Notes: a model not told the origin generated them from the letters alone. A stretch of 64,000 nucleotides of DNA from Octopus vulgaris (GCA_951406725.2 OX597823.1:31992001-32056000); one strand, 5' to 3'. Positions 25,864 through 40,214 are shown, counted from the first letter of the stretch. Numbers and translations are program-made.

Positions 25864-25870
<7 letters not shown>
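25422..25870. repeat. Imperfect foldback (arms about 200 bp)
   Basis: About 25422-25625 is inverted against about 25675-25870. Confidence 0.85.
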
Positions 25871-25937
<67 letters not shown>

Positions 25938-28451
25938 CAGGTTCCAATCTCATCTGGTAATGTTTCTACAGCTGGATGCCCTTCCTAACACCAACCATTC
26001 CGAGAATGTAGTGGGTGCTTTTTATGTGCCACCAGCATCTGTGTGTGTTTATGTATATATATATATACACACCTACACATGCACACATCAATGTCACCAG
26101 CCCCCTCACATTCACATGCATGTGTACCTTCATTTTGGAATTACCACTACTTTATTATCTCCCCTTCTTCCTAGCTCTCCTGTGTGACCCCTCTGTACAG
26201 TTCCACTTGGTCAGCCCCACCCATAAACCAGTAGCAAGCTTATGGGCCTTTACATTTCAGATATTCATAATTGCAAGTCATACACAAAAAAATCTCCCAC
26301 CTCCTTTCACATTTCATCTAAATATATGGCATAAGCATTGATCTGCTGTCTTCAATTGGTAAACACATAATTTGCAAACATCCACTAATAAAGACAACAC
26401 TCTCGCCTCCCCCACACCCCAACACCACCATACCACACACACTAGCACTGAACACTTCCCAGCACCCACGTCATCATCCACACACCTATACATGCACACA
26501 CACATATGTCAAGGTCACCAGCCCCCTTCCACACACACACATACATGCTCTCACATATACACGCATGCACACCTTTGTTTTGGGATCACCACTACTTTAT
26601 TATCTCCCCTTCTTCCTAGCTCTCTTGTGTGACCCCTCTGTCCAGCATTCGCCATGATAGATCACTAGCCACTAAACCTTTTTCTATTTTCTCTCTCTGT
26701 TTATTTCTGTGTTCCTTTCTGTTGAAGAGCATACACTCGAAATGTAAAAGACTCCCTCATTTCCTGAGCGTTAAACTAATACATCTGTTTGTTGTTTACA
26801 CACCTGTCTTTGTCTTTTGTTTTTTTTGTAAATTCTCACTATATATATATATACGCACACATGCATAATTTCTCTGTCTCTCTCTTTCTCTCCCTCAGTT
26901 CTAATTAATAATCAATTTTTCTATGCTAGAAATAAAATAGTTTTGGCAAATTTTAAGATTTTAAAAAATATAAACGCAATAAAAATAAAAAAAAAAAAAC
27001 TTAAATTAAACTAGAAAGTGGAACACAATCTGGACTTTTATTGGATTTAGTTCTTAAGACTGATTTAAAAAGCTAAAAGAAAAATTACATTTCTTTTCTA
27101 AAGTAGGTCACCCAGCAGTGAATTGGACAATCACTAATTGGGTGAGAAACCGTATTCACAACAACTATTTCACTTGCTTCAAACATGAATTAAAGAAGCT
27201 TCTATGCAGTAGCTTGACCAACAATAAATTGTAGCCAGATGTTCCTTCAGATACATCTCTAGGCAAAGCATTCTCCAACTTTCCTCTACCCGACTACCAG
27301 TTATCATCTGATTTTCCATGCTGGCATGAATCGAATAGGTCACCACAGTTCAGGTCAGTTCTCTATTGGAGTTTCTGTTCTCCTCGAAGAGTCAGAGGAC
27401 CACAACTCACTATTGCGTTCCATTTTGGTGTCTCTAGCTGGAGGCTTTTTCTAGAGCCATCCACTTTACAGAATGAACTGGATACAGTTCATTGTAGCAT
27501 CTTCACGAGAGAAGTTGTCTTATCCTCAGACAGCATCCCAGTTGTCTGGGGATAAGTAGCAAGCTTACAAAGAATAAGTCCCAGGGTTGATTTGCTTGAC
27601 TAAAGGTGGTGCTCCAGCATGGCCGCAGTCAAATGACTGAAATAAGTAAAAGAGTAAAAGAGTAACATCCATCACTGACCAAATAGTCCTCACTCCTGCC
27701 TCCATGTTATCCCCATTCTTTCAAGATAACATGATTGAAAGGGTGACAGAAAAAGAGTGATGAGAGAGAATTAGGTGAGTAATGTCTGTTGAGTCATTCG
27801 TTCGTGTAACATCCATTTTTCCATACAAGAATGGGCTGGACACACATATTTGAGGTACAATTTTAAGGTTAGATGCTCTTCCTGTCACCAACCCATATCT
27901 GTTTTTCATCATCATATCATCATCATCATCGTTTAACGTCCGTTTTCCATGCTAGCATGGGTTGGACGGTTCAACTGGGGTCTGTGAAGCCAGAAGGCCT
28001 CATCAGGCCCAGTCAGATCTGGCAGTGTTTCTACAGCTGGATACCCTTCCTAACGCCAATTAGGGGATTTCAGTTAGGGGATTTTTTTTTATTACAAAGG
28101 TTTTCAAATGTGCAGGGCAGTTGGTTGCCACATCAACAAGGAATGTAAATATCATTCAGTTTTGCTGAAATGGAATCATGGGATATCAACATTCATGTAC
28201 ATTTACTCACACACAGCCCACACAAGACAGGATTTTCACACTCCCACACAAGGCATTGGCCAGCCCAGGGTTATAGCAGAAGTCACTTGCCCAAGGTGCC
28301 ATGCAGTGGGGTTGTACTCTTGAGAGAGAGAGTAAAAGGGGAAAACCAGATTGATAGTCATGGAAGGAGAGAAGGAAAGGGAGTAATAGACAGCTGCATA
28401 TTAGTTGTTGGTAAAGAGATTGAATAAAATACAGTGATGAGCAACATAATC

Positions 28452-28492
<41 letters not shown>

Positions 28493-28774
28493 TAAGGAGA
28501 CAGGGTGACGAAAGAGAGATAGGAGAAAGACTGAATGATGGAAGAGGGGTTAGTAGAAAGAGAATAATGAATAGCAATAAAAATGGAGAGAGAGGGAGAG
28601 AGAGAGAGCAAAGAATAGTAATAAAGATGTGAGGTGGTAAACGAGAAACAAAGATTTGTTTAAATGACTGTAATATAAATTTCCTTGTATGCAGACAAGT
28701 AAAGAAGGTCTCTTTTCTACATACTAAAACTTTGGGCTTTGCTAATTTTACTAGGAGGCCTCTTGATTTTACTG

Positions 28775-29140
28775 CGGCCATGCTAGAGCACCACCTTTAG
28801 TCGAGCTAATCGACCCAGGACTTATTTTTTGTAAGCCTAGTACTTATTCTATCGGATTCTTTTGCTGAACCGCTAAGTTACGGGGATATAAACACACCAC
28901 CATCAGTTGTCAAGTGATGTTGGGGAGACAAATACAGACACACAAACATATACACACACATACATATTTATATATATAAGACAGGCTTCTTTCAGTTTCT
29001 GTCTACCAAATCCACTCAATACTTTGGTCAGCCCGAGGCTATAGTAGAAGACATTTGCCCAAGGTGTCACGCAGAGGGACTGAACCCAGAACCACGTGGT
29101 TGGTAAGCAAGCTACTTAACACACAGCCACTCCTGTGCCT
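28775..29140 (-). mobile_element. tRNA-derived SINE family B
   Basis: GGCACAGGAGTGGCTGTGTG head, GGTTCAGTCC B-box, CCTTGGGCAA body. Other copies at about 19500, 20330, 32645, 37085, 45230 and 48175. Confidence 0.8.
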
Positions 29141-29285
29141 ATAAATATTCAAATTTCCCATCATTCCCTTTCACAACCCTTCATTCCCATATCCCAAATA
29201 GGCAAAAAAATAGCAACTTAAATTTAAAACCTAACAGAAGCAAACATTTTAACAAACATATAAATGAATATCGTCAGTCCCTTAC

Positions 29286-29457
29286 ATCAAAAACTGGTTT
29301 CTCTTGAAGACGTTCCCATTTATTGCTGCCAGGAACTGTGTATATCACTGGACAGTATCCTTGGCTATAAAGTTTACCTTGACGGTTCATATTCATAATG
29401 TTGATTTTGATCATTTGGCCAGGCAATCCCCCCTCTATACCAAAGTAGAACCAGGAT
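29286..29457 (-). CDS. AGBL5: AGBL5 coding exon 3 (SWFYFGIEGGLPGQMIKINIMNMNRQGKLYSQG...KPVFD)
   Basis: Translated by hand; absent from the ORF track. Contains the WFYF motif of the CCP N-domain. AG/GTAAG boundaries, phases 2/0. Confidence 0.95.
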
Positions 29458-29893
29458 CTACAAATAAATAAATAAAATAATTATTATTGTGGTGTAGAGC
29501 AAGATCAAAGACTTACAGAACTTTATTTCTATAATTATAATTCAGGGGGTAAGGTTCATAGGATCAAGATTCTCAAACATTTATAAACATTAATCCTTCT
29601 CTGTTGAAATACATTGCTTTTGTTTCAATAATTTTGAAAAAAATTAAGCATTTAGTATAATTACTCTGGTGTTTGAAACACAAATTAGTATGCAATTTTA
29701 ATGGGAAGTTTAATTTAGAATACTTAAAAACAAGAAATTTATATCACAGAACAAGGAGACAGTCTCAAGCAAGCTGATATCAAAAGGGTTAATTCACAAG
29801 ATTAATAATTCAACATTATGGAAATGTACTTGCATAGCAAGTGACCTGATCTGAGATCGTGTGCTAAAACAAAAACAATTGCAGTGTGAAAGG

Positions 29894-30131
29894 TGTTTAT
29901 AAGTCATTTAAAAACACAAAAAAAACTGTCAGATTCACTTCAACATTCAAATTTAATTTTTCAAAATATCTTCATCACTTTGAGACTGTGACCTGTTCAC
30001 TAAGATGCAGCATGGAATTTTGTCAGTGATCAGGTCACAGTCTCAAAGGAACAGATATTTTAGCAAATTATATTTAAATGTTCAAGTGAATCTAACGGTT
30101 TTTGTGTGTGATTTTAAATGGCTTATGAATA
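29894..30131. repeat. Imperfect foldback (arms about 108 bp)
   Basis: For example CTTTGAGACTGTGACCTG / CAGGTCACAGTCTCAAAG. Confidence 0.85.
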
Positions 30132-31939
30132 ATTAAACATTTATAAAATAATCATTTTCTAAGGAGTCAGAGAATAATTAAAAAAACAAAAAAAGGGCAA
30201 ACTCAAACCTTTTTATAACTATATCCTTCATGAGCAGACAATTGATCTGTTTGAATTAATTACCAATATAACTAAGATTCTGGAGTGGTTGAGAAAACTA
30301 TCTGTAATTTTATATATTAGTATATATTATGTTGGTGCCAACTAACTGAAATTTCATGATATTGTTCATATTACAATGAAATCTAGATGGAGATTTCCAT
30401 TTATATAAGATCACTTTAGTATGAGTAAGGGTTCAGATGAGCTGGTATGAAAGGGTTAAAGCAGTTATATTTTCTGTTCTTTCTAGAATAGAAGGGTGGT
30501 TAGAGGGTGGCAAAAGTGGTAGAGTAACACATTAAATACTGCGTGATATAATCAACTGAACTCGAATTGTGCTTTTTATGTGCCACTGGCATGGGAGCTA
30601 GTCAGGCAGCACTGGCAACAACTACGCTCGAATGGTGTTATTGCGTGAATTAATTTTATTACTTTCATCTAGAATGCTATGAACCATTAGAATTCTGCTA
30701 GCAAATGCTTCATCTCTTGATCTTAATTATAATTATCAATAATACAATAGTGAGTTGACAGAGTCCTTCCTTGCAGTATTTCTTCCGACTCTTTACATTC
30801 ATGGTTCAAATCCCATATCCATCTGGGGTCAATAAAATGAAATACCAGTCAGTTAGTGGAGTTGATGATAGTGAGTAATCAACTCTGTTACAATTTCAGG
30901 TTTTGTGCCTCTGCTAGAAACAATTATTATGAAATAATTATAATGATTATATTAAATACGAGTAGTTTACTAAAAGAGAAACATAACACAAATGCAGAAC
31001 TAATAACTGATTCAATTAGTGCTGGTTAATATAAATGATCCTACAACTAGCAAAAGGGTCAGAGTATATCACAGGTACTATGCTGAGTACTTGGACAAAC
31101 CATTTTCATCCTCAGTGTAAGAAGCATAGGAAACTCAATTTCTCCTTCCAGTGAGGGTCAGCAGCACTGTAAAAGTGACAGGTGTCCTGGTAGCTTGAGA
31201 TGTTGAGTTCAACTCCTCCAAGGAAAACAATTTGTGCAAGTTTATTGTCATACAACAGCTTATTGGTTTTAAAGCTAGGATGAACTTCACCACACAGCAG
31301 TGAACAATAGGGAAACCAAAAAACAATAATAGTTTCTAATTTAGGCACAAGACTACAACTTTTGAGTGAAGGGGGTTAGTTGATACCCACAACTCTAGTA
31401 CTTAACTGTTATTTTATTTTATTGACCCCCCAGAGACCCCAAGTTGGCTTTTCATCCCAGTGGGATTTGAACTTAGAACAAATACCACAAGATCTGTTTT
31501 CTGATGCTCCAACAATTTTCCCAGCTTGTTTCTTATTGATTGTTTCTAATATAGGCACAATACCAGAAATCTGAGGGGACAGGGTTGACAATTAAACACA
31601 GCCTGGTACTTTACTGGTTCTATATCTAATCAATCATGAAAAGATGAAATACAAAGCCAATCTCAGCAGGATTTGAACCCAGAATGTAAAGATCCATAAC
31701 AAAATGCGCCAAGACATTTTTGTCCAACACTAACAATTCTGCTAATCCTCCATCTGAATAATGATAATAATTTTCAACCATCAACAGAAGATTCTTGCCC
31801 TCCATCCTTCTGGGGATGATAAAACAAGTAAAATAAGTACCAGTTGAATACTGGGGTGAGTATAATCAACTTATCTCCCACCCCCAAAATTTCAGGCCTG
31901 ATCCCTGGTAGAAGGGATTATTATTATTATTATTATTAC

Positions 31940-31981
<42 letters not shown>

Positions 31982-32282
31982 CAGCAGCAGCAGCAGCAGT
32001 AATAAGGTGGTGAGCTGGCAGAATCATTAGCACGCCAAGTGAAATGCTAATCAGTATTTTGTCTGTTTTTACATTCTGAGTTCAAATTCTGCCATCCTTT
32101 TGGGGGTCAATAAATTAAGTACCAGTTGCATATTGGGTCGATCAAATCGACTGGCCCCCTTCCCAAAAATTTCAGGCCTTGTGCCTATAGTAGAAAAGAC
32201 TATCAGTATTATTATTATTATTATGATGATGATGATTATTATTATTATTATTATTATATAATGGGCTGCATAAATAACTAAC

Positions 32283-32385
32283 CTATTTCCATTTTCATAT
32301 ATGGTATTGGAACAGTCTGGTCTGGTCCAAACATTATATTCCAAATCAGGTTGGAGTTCTGCATTTCGGTTCACATTATTGGAAA
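32283..32385 (-). CDS. AGBL5: AGBL5 coding exon 2 (...PDLEYNVWTRPDCSNTIYENGNR)
   Basis: Matches CCP5 YEFNVWTRPDC...ENGNR. Acceptor ttcttcAG, donor AG|GTTAGT, phases 1/2 fit the neighbouring exons. Confidence 0.95.
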
Positions 32386-32594
32386 CTGAAGAAGAAAACG
32401 AAACAAAACAAACAAAAAGATAAACAAAAATCATTAACAACAATGAAGTGTTGAAAGAGTGTCGTTGCATGACACAGCTGGCAATTGTTCAATCCTAATA
32501 AATCTACTCCAAGGTTATGTGTCCGTACAGAGCAGCAGATAACAGGGATTTGCAAATCAGATTATCTTACTAAGTGATAGTCCACCACAAATCC

Positions 32595-32639
<45 letters not shown>

Positions 32640-33320
32640 TGCATGGTGCAGTTATAGCTGTGTGGATAACAAGTTCACTTCACAACCATATGATTTTAGG
32701 TTCAGTCTCACTGTATATAACACCTTGGGCAAGTGTCTTCTATTATAGTCCAGGGTTGACTAAATCCTTGTGAGTGTATTTAGTTGGTGGAAACTGAAAA
32801 GAAACCCTGTTGTATCATCATCATTTACCGTCCATCTTGGATGGTTCAATAGGATCTGCTGAGTTGGAGGACTGCATCAGGCTCTAATGTTTGTTTTTGG
32901 CATGGTTTCTATAGCTGGATACCCTTATTAATTCCAACTGTTTTGCAGAGTGGGCTTGCCATGTAACGCACAAGACTAAATATCCTCTTAGGCTGACTAG
33001 GAGGGCGGGGGGTGAGTGTTTTATACTAGTTGTTGAGAGGTAAGGTATGAAAAAAATTACAACAGGTTTGTTGTTGCAGAAGAAGACATGCGTGATTATT
33101 TTGCATTATATAAATGTAGTGGGGACTAATTGGGAGGGAGTTTAACACGTTGGGTCCCAAACCTCATTTTACACTTTATCCCAGGGTCCCAATATGATAT
33201 CTTAATTAATTTTGATGTGAGTGGCATAACATTTTTACATTATACCATATGTGAGGGAAAGATCACATAGGTAGTGTTAAATACCCACGTCCCACTGGAG
33301 GGTCGTGTGGTACCCTAGTT

Positions 33321-33618
33321 CAGTGCTACTAAAAGTGGTGATCTGCAGACTGGTGCTGATTTGTGAGCCATCAGCTGCTGGTACATGGCAAGTTTACAGA
33401 AAAGAAAGAAACATTATAAAATGCTTATGAAATGTTTATGTAATATTGTATTATTTGTTTACAAAATAAATATTTTTAAAATTGTCAACTTTTATTATAT
33501 TCATTATATATATTGTTTCCGGTATAAATTAATATCATTAAGAAATATTACCAGTCTCTGGCACATTGGAAGAAAAAAAACTGCCAGAATGCCACATCAG
33601 ATAGTTTGAGAAACACTG
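33321..33618. mobile_element. hAT (Charlie-like) MITE
   Basis: CAGTG...CACTG termini with an exact 8-bp TSD, CCCTAGTT. Confidence 0.85.
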
Positions 33619-34152
33619 CCCTAGTTCATATCACACAATCTACCAACCCATGGTCAATTAAAACTTTTGGGTCTTTTTCTATTGAAAATCTTTTCAAAAA
33701 GAACTATTTTGCTTTCCATGGCAAGTAAAATATTTTTCATTCCATTCTGTTTCTATTGGAAAATCTACCAATTTTTTCAAAAAAGAACTAGCTATTTTTG
33801 ATTCAATGGCAAATAAAACTTTCTCAATAATCAATCTGTTATTTTACCTCATTACATGGTGAAATCAGAAGAAAAATGAAAAAAAATATTTTTAAAATCT
33901 ATAAAAAATTGTTCTCTTAGTGTAGCAAAAGTACAATTCAAAGCAATTCCAGCTCCCAGAAAGCTCATAGGAAAGAAATTAAGAAACAACTGGCAGGTGG
34001 GTTGAGCAGAGCTCGTTAACATACTCACCACGATCCACCGGCAAGACGTGCGGGAGTAAATGTGTTAAAGGGGAGGTGAAGATGGTGATGATCAGGTGTC
34101 AAAGTGTGCCCTCAAGGTGCAAGAAGGTGGACAGAAGAGAGAAGGATGACAA

Positions 34153-34385
34153 AGGTGGCGAGCTGGCAGAAACGTTAGCACGCCGGGCGAAATGCTTAGC
34201 GGTATTTCGTCTGCCGCTATGTTCTGAGATCAAATTCCGCCAGGGTCAACTTTGTCTTTCGTCCTTTCGGGGTTGATTAAATAAGTACCAGTTATGCACT
34301 GGGGTCGATATAATTGACTTAATCCATTTGTCTGTCCTTATTTATCCCCTCTGTGTGTAGCCCCTTGTGGGCAATAAAGAAATAA
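34153..34385 (+). mobile_element. tRNA-derived SINE family A, well-preserved copy
   Basis: GGCGAGCTGGCAGAA head, B-box-like TCAAATTCC and a GCCTTTCATCCTTTCGGGGTCGAT-type core. More than 15 copies in the window. Confidence 0.85.
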
Positions 34386-34767
34386 GAAGAGAGAAGGGTG
34401 ACAGAAAAAAAGGGAGAATGGGTGAGTAGAGGTTGCAAGAGTGGATGGGGAGAATAAGATGGTGGGGGAGGGAGGGAGGTAAAGGTAGCAAATGGTGGAC
34501 AGGGGTTGGGGTGGGGTAATCAATGGTAAATGCGAGTTGGAGGGAAGGTAGGAGAAGAGGAGGTGATGATTGGCAGTACAGAAAGGGAAGAGCAGCAGAA
34601 AAAAAGATTGGAGAAGGATGAGAGAAAAGGAGGCAGAGTGTATGTAGTTGGGGGAAGGGAGATGAGGGAAAAATGTGAAAGGGGAGAAATGATATTCAGA
34701 ATTGAGGATGGCTGTAAAAGCCAGTATAAAACGTATGTGTGTGTGTGTGTCTTCCTTTTCTCCTTAC

Positions 34768-34873
34768 CTGATGAACTGTCTTTGGTATCATCTTTATACA
34801 CTCTCTCAACCTTAGCCAAGTTTCCAGAGTCAAAGTTTGATTTGAACAACAAACCACCGACACTGACTTCCAT
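34768..34873 (-). CDS. AGBL5: AGBL5/CCP5 coding exon 1 (MEVSVGGLLFKSNFDSGNLAKVE...)
   Basis: ATG at 34873. The FDSGNL motif matches the CCP5 N-terminus. A (CT)n-CAG acceptor at 34888 implies an upstream non-coding exon. Donor G|GTAAGG, phase 1. Confidence 0.93.
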
Positions 34874-35523
34874 CACCAACAACAACTCTGGAGAGAGAGA
34901 GAGAGAGAGTCAGTAAATATGGCTTTTACTTATGGACATCTACAACATAAACAATAACATTGGTAATTAGAACAAATTACACAGGTGTCATTTTAAATAC
35001 ATCAGACCATGGACTTCAGAGTTTGAATATATAGTAGGCCATGTACTATATAGGAAAGTCAGTAATAATGTATAGTAAGGCAGGTACTGTTAGTAAAGAC
35101 AGTAATAGTATATAGCAAGGCAGGTACTATATAGTAAAATCAGAGACAATTAATGGAAAATACTGAGAAAAAATTTTATCGATTAAAATTGCACTTGGTT
35201 TCAAAATGGGAAGGGAAAACCGTTTAATGATTAACTTGGCTTAAGAAAGGCAAAGAGACAACTCTGAATGTTAAATTAGTTTTCATTGATATGAAGTGTG
35301 TATAGTGATAACCCCCAGATATGTCTGTGAGTCTTATTAAGTTACCTCTGTGAAGCATAGCTATATCAGTACTTGGTGATAGAGATATAAAGATTTCTGA
35401 GAGAATAAACACTGATAGATATAGAGGCTTTAAAAATATTGGTTGAGGTGGGGTGGGAGTGGAAGTACTAACGTTTTAATCAGTTGAAAGACTTTGACTC
35501 ATTGCAATGATATATTAGCATTT

Positions 35524-35892
35524 ATTACCTTCGCCTTAGCAAAGGTGGAGGTATTGTTTTCAGTCATGCTTGTTTGTTTGTCCATAAAGAAGATATCTCA
35601 AGAATCGCTGGATGGATTCAGATGAAACTTTCAGGAATGTCTAGCTTTGTGACTGGCACAAACTGATTAGATTTTGGGGTCGATCTGGCACCAAACAAGG
35701 ATTCTGGATTATTTTTCCTGTCTTTTTTACTTAATTTTTGAGAGTGGTTGGGTTCATTTTTAGTATACTCATTTGTGAGAGCAGTCGAGTTTATTTCAGA
35801 TATTCTCATTTTAAAAATCATCTCTGGCTAATCGTTGAGAAGACATTGGTGTTGCCTTGGCAGAGGTTTGCACTCTCAGAGTGCTCTTGCTT
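35524..35892 (+). mobile_element. Helentron-associated element, second copy
   Basis: Collinear with 7701-8078. Confidence 0.65.
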
Positions 35893-38139
35893 AATATGTT
35901 TTTCTTGCAGAAGGCATCTTTGGGTAATTTCTACCAGGCATTCTTCCAAAACCTTTCTCCTCTACCATCATCATTACAGAAATGTAACCTTCTAAAGCAC
36001 TAATATTGCTCTACAGACATTAACCAACAGAAGTTCAAGGTGAGCACCAACATGTGCAATCTGAGAGATGGTTTGAAAGGACCAGGAAGAGGACAGTGCC
36101 TCTCTTCATAGTCTACACAGGTTCCAGTGTAGGTAAATTGAAATAACTATGAATTGAACCTGAAATGCAGATAAGAAGACGATCTGCTAAAAACAGCAGT
36201 CAAATTTCCATCAAAATACACTAATACTGTTTTAAAAATGCATGATAATGTGGTCCTTGGTTCCTTACACATAGGAAAAAGATGGGATGGTCATGGCTGG
36301 GATGCATTTGATCATAGGTCTGCCCAGTGAAAGCTAACTTGAGGCTAAATAACAATACTCAGTCATTATGTGAGCCTCTTTGTTGTTGTTTGACTTGCTA
36401 GAAATGGCAACCCAATCTCCTTTCTATCACCCACTCTACCATCTTAAAAAAAGTGGGTAGGACACATTGGACAATTGGATCCTAGATGCATTGTGTCTAA
36501 ACATAAAAAAAAGCATAAAAGACAGGATTGCCACAACTGGAATACCATTATAGGTTTACTCAATTAGGACTCAACCTCAATAATTAATGTAAAAATTAGT
36601 TTATTAAAAAAATTAGCAAATTCATTAAATCTCTCTAATCTTTTCATTGTTAATGTTGTAAACTAATTGAAACATGCACGATATATGTTGTAAGAAACAA
36701 TAGAAACAAAGGGATTAAATTAAGTATATAAAAAAAAAACACTTCCTAATTTTAGTAGTGACCATCCCTACTGCATTAGTATGCTCACATAGAGTTTAAA
36801 TGTCCTTTTAGTATTTAAGCTTGAAGGGATGTCAGAAAGATTTGGCTTACATAGAAGTTCCTTAATGACACAGACACTCACATCCACCATGGGTTGAAGG
36901 AAAGGTTTGATGAATGTGTGTGTGTGTGTGAGAGAGGATATGTCCCTAGCAACAACAAGAGACTGTCAATAAATTATATCAAGCAGACATTACAACTGTC
37001 ACAGATGTTAACAGTGAACTATGACAAATTCTGCGAACACACATATACGCATACACATACAGATACATATGCAAACATAAATCTTTTTTATCTTTTACTT
37101 ATTTCAGTCATTGGGCTGTGGCCAGGCTGGAGCACTGCCTTGAAGGGTTTTCCTAATGGTAGCAATTTTATGTTTTCTTCTTTACTGGAACATCAGGTAG
37201 CATGCCCTGCTTGAGGGGAATCCAAGACTACAGGGTTGACCCCCAGTCCTTGTTCTTTTTATAAGTTTGGCTCATATTCTATTGCTCTCTTTTGCCAAAC
37301 TGCTAAGTTACAAGCACATAAACAAACCAACACTGGTTGTTATGTGGTGGTTAGGGACATACACAAGACACACACACTTGCATGGATGGATGGATCGGTC
37401 AATGGATGGATCGATCAATAGATCGATCAGTCAATGGATAGATGGACAGACAGGCAGACAGTAGATACACACACACAATAGGCTCCCTCACAATTTCCAT
37501 CTTCCAAATTCATTCACAGGATGTATGTTGGCCCAACTCGAAGGCACTTGACCAAGGTACCATGCAGTGGAACTGAATACAAGACTACATGGTTGAAAAG
37601 TGAGTTTCTTAATCACAGAGCCAAGCCTCGGTCTATAAATCCAGGGACAAAAATGTTTCAGTAAATAGTAAAGAAGAAGGCAGAAAATTGCTACAATTAG
37701 GAAAATGGTAATGTCTGATTCACAGAAAAAGAGTAGGTAAAAATGCTCCAGAGGGTATTACTCAATGTAAACCATGAATGCACATGATGTGTGGTGGAAT
37801 CTCAGAAAAGTTGACAGAGAATAGATCAACTGCTGTAAACTATTTCTAAGGTGTTTCCCGGCATTTGAAAAAATTTTATGAATGACAACAGGAAAGGGAT
37901 TGAACAAGAGGAAAGATGTCCCACCATAGGGAATATACCTCACTGAATTCCATCCAACTCATGCATGCATGGAAAAGTAGATGTTAAAATAATGACGATG
38001 ATGATGATCTTATTGCTAATGACCACTGTACATCTGCGACACAAAACGTCTACCTTCTCTGTCAACCTACCTGTAATCCTACTACATCACTAGTTGGCCC
38101 ATATTTTACACCAGGTACAATGTACAACATTCCTGCCTG

Positions 38140-38760
38140 CTTCTTGATTGCATATTAAGTATGGTCACTTTCCAGATGGCTGTACTGTCTCATCTTTTGC
38201 TCTACTCATTAAAACTTTTGTCTTTATTAAGTTGACTTTCCCACTGCTTGAGTCTAAGATTTGCTTTCACCTTTGGAATTTCACTTCTAAATGTTTGAGA
38301 GATTCAGCTGAGATCCAGGTCCTCAAAACTGTGATATCATTGTCATTATTATTCCACTTATATGGTTAACTTGTCTTTTAACTCATCAGTTATGTAAGAA
38401 GAACAATAACAAACAAGAGTGGACTGAGAACTAATCCCTGATGAACACCTAACTACATGCTAAGTTCTTTGCTGAACTCATTACTAACTCTGCCACATAG
38501 CATTCATAGCTCTTGCAAGCCATTCATCTAGTTCTCTTAGCAAGTACCAGACTAAAGAGTATGGTACCCTGTCAAAAGCCTTCTTCAAGGTAACAGATAC
38601 TAAGGATAGTGGCTTGTTCTTATCTAAGAACTTATCCTGCAATTTCTTGTCTCACTAGGAAGAGGGCTTCAGTTGTACCCTGTCGTTCATCTCATCACTG
38701 TTAATTAGTTGTGTTATAATTCATTCTATTACTTTTGTGATTTAGTCTATACATATAAAC
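38140..38760 (-). mobile_element. Decayed RTE-type reverse transcriptase fragment
   Basis: Minus-strand remnants KAFDRVP and GVHQGLVLSPLLF. Confidence 0.7.
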
Positions 38761-39926
38761 TATGAACCAACAAGGTACCTCTATGTGCTCAGTTACAGGG
38801 GACTCAGCTCTTTGCAGATGGTTAATCACTCAAGCATTCCCATCACACTTGTCTCTCTTTTCAATCACCCACACTATACTCTCCCCTACACCCTTCAAGC
38901 CCCACACTAATAACAATGCCTAACTCTTCCCCTTCAGAATGTCCCCTTCCTTTCACCACCCAAATTCCTCAATAAATTAAGTGGAATAATAAGGACAATG
39001 ATATCACAGGTCTTGAGGATTTGTCAAGAACAAAGGGACAGACCCCTTCTCAAGACAAACATCAACAAAATATTTAAAAAGATGTCTCAATAAAATAAAA
39101 GACAGGATGGTCACAGTTGGAACAGTTTTTAACAGGCCTGCTGACCCCAAATGAAACCACCACTACCACCACCACCACTGCCACCACCACCACTGTCAAA
39201 ATAAGCAACTATGACAAGATAACATACACCACTATGCTGCAGTACTTGACATCTAAGTCGTTGGTAAGAATGTGTGAAATGTTTTCAGTGCTGTCGCTAT
39301 CTTCTAAGAGCTCAAACAGTCACTTAAACATACTGTTCACTAATCACTAGGTAATACAACAGTGGAATGTTCTGAAAGTACCATAAAATAAATTACTCAG
39401 TTATGTGTGTGGTGAGGGTCTGAATCATTCAAATGTCACATCATTTATTTTATTGATCCATGTCGTTTCTAACCTGAAACTAAGTATTCCCATCTGACTT
39501 GCAAAATATAAATGCAAGCTTTTTGGTGCGAATGGTTTTGTTATGTGGCACCGGGTTTTACAACCTGTAAATAATAATGATGGTATTTTTATATAAGCTT
39601 ATGGCAATCACCGTGCAATGACTAAGGAAAATAGTCTAATAATGGGGTATATAAGCCCTCGACAGAAAAAAGTAGGCTTTCCTATCCACATGGGACCCGA
39701 ACCCACATCCCTTTGTTAACGCGACTAAGTGTGTTATCATTACTCCAGTGAATTAGCCTATATTGTATCTATGCTACCCAGTTTAACACTACCACCTGGT
39801 CCTTGGGTACTTTTAGTCAGGTTCACCACATTGCAAGTATTTAGACCACACCCCTCTAGTTGACTTCCTTGTTTTTTTTCTGCAGATGTTAAGGCATTTT
39901 GTATGGCACAATTCTGCTACCCCACC

Positions 39927-39961
<35 letters not shown>

Positions 39962-40179
39962 CCTTTCAACTGGAGGCACAAGGCCTGAAATTTTTGGGGA
40001 AGGGAGCTAGTCGACTGCATTGACCCCAGTGTTTCACTGGTACTTAATTTATTGACCCTGAAAAGATGAAAGCAAAGTTGGCCTTGGCGGAATTTGAACT
40101 CAGAACGTAGTGGCAGAGAAAATACAGTTAATCATTTTGCCCAGCAAAATAACGATTCTGTCAGCTTGCCACCTTAATG

Positions 40180-40214
<35 letters not shown>

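Noticed and set aside
35225-35400. Possible intronic C/D snoRNA
   Set aside because: Imperfect C box, no terminal stem and no evident guide sequence.
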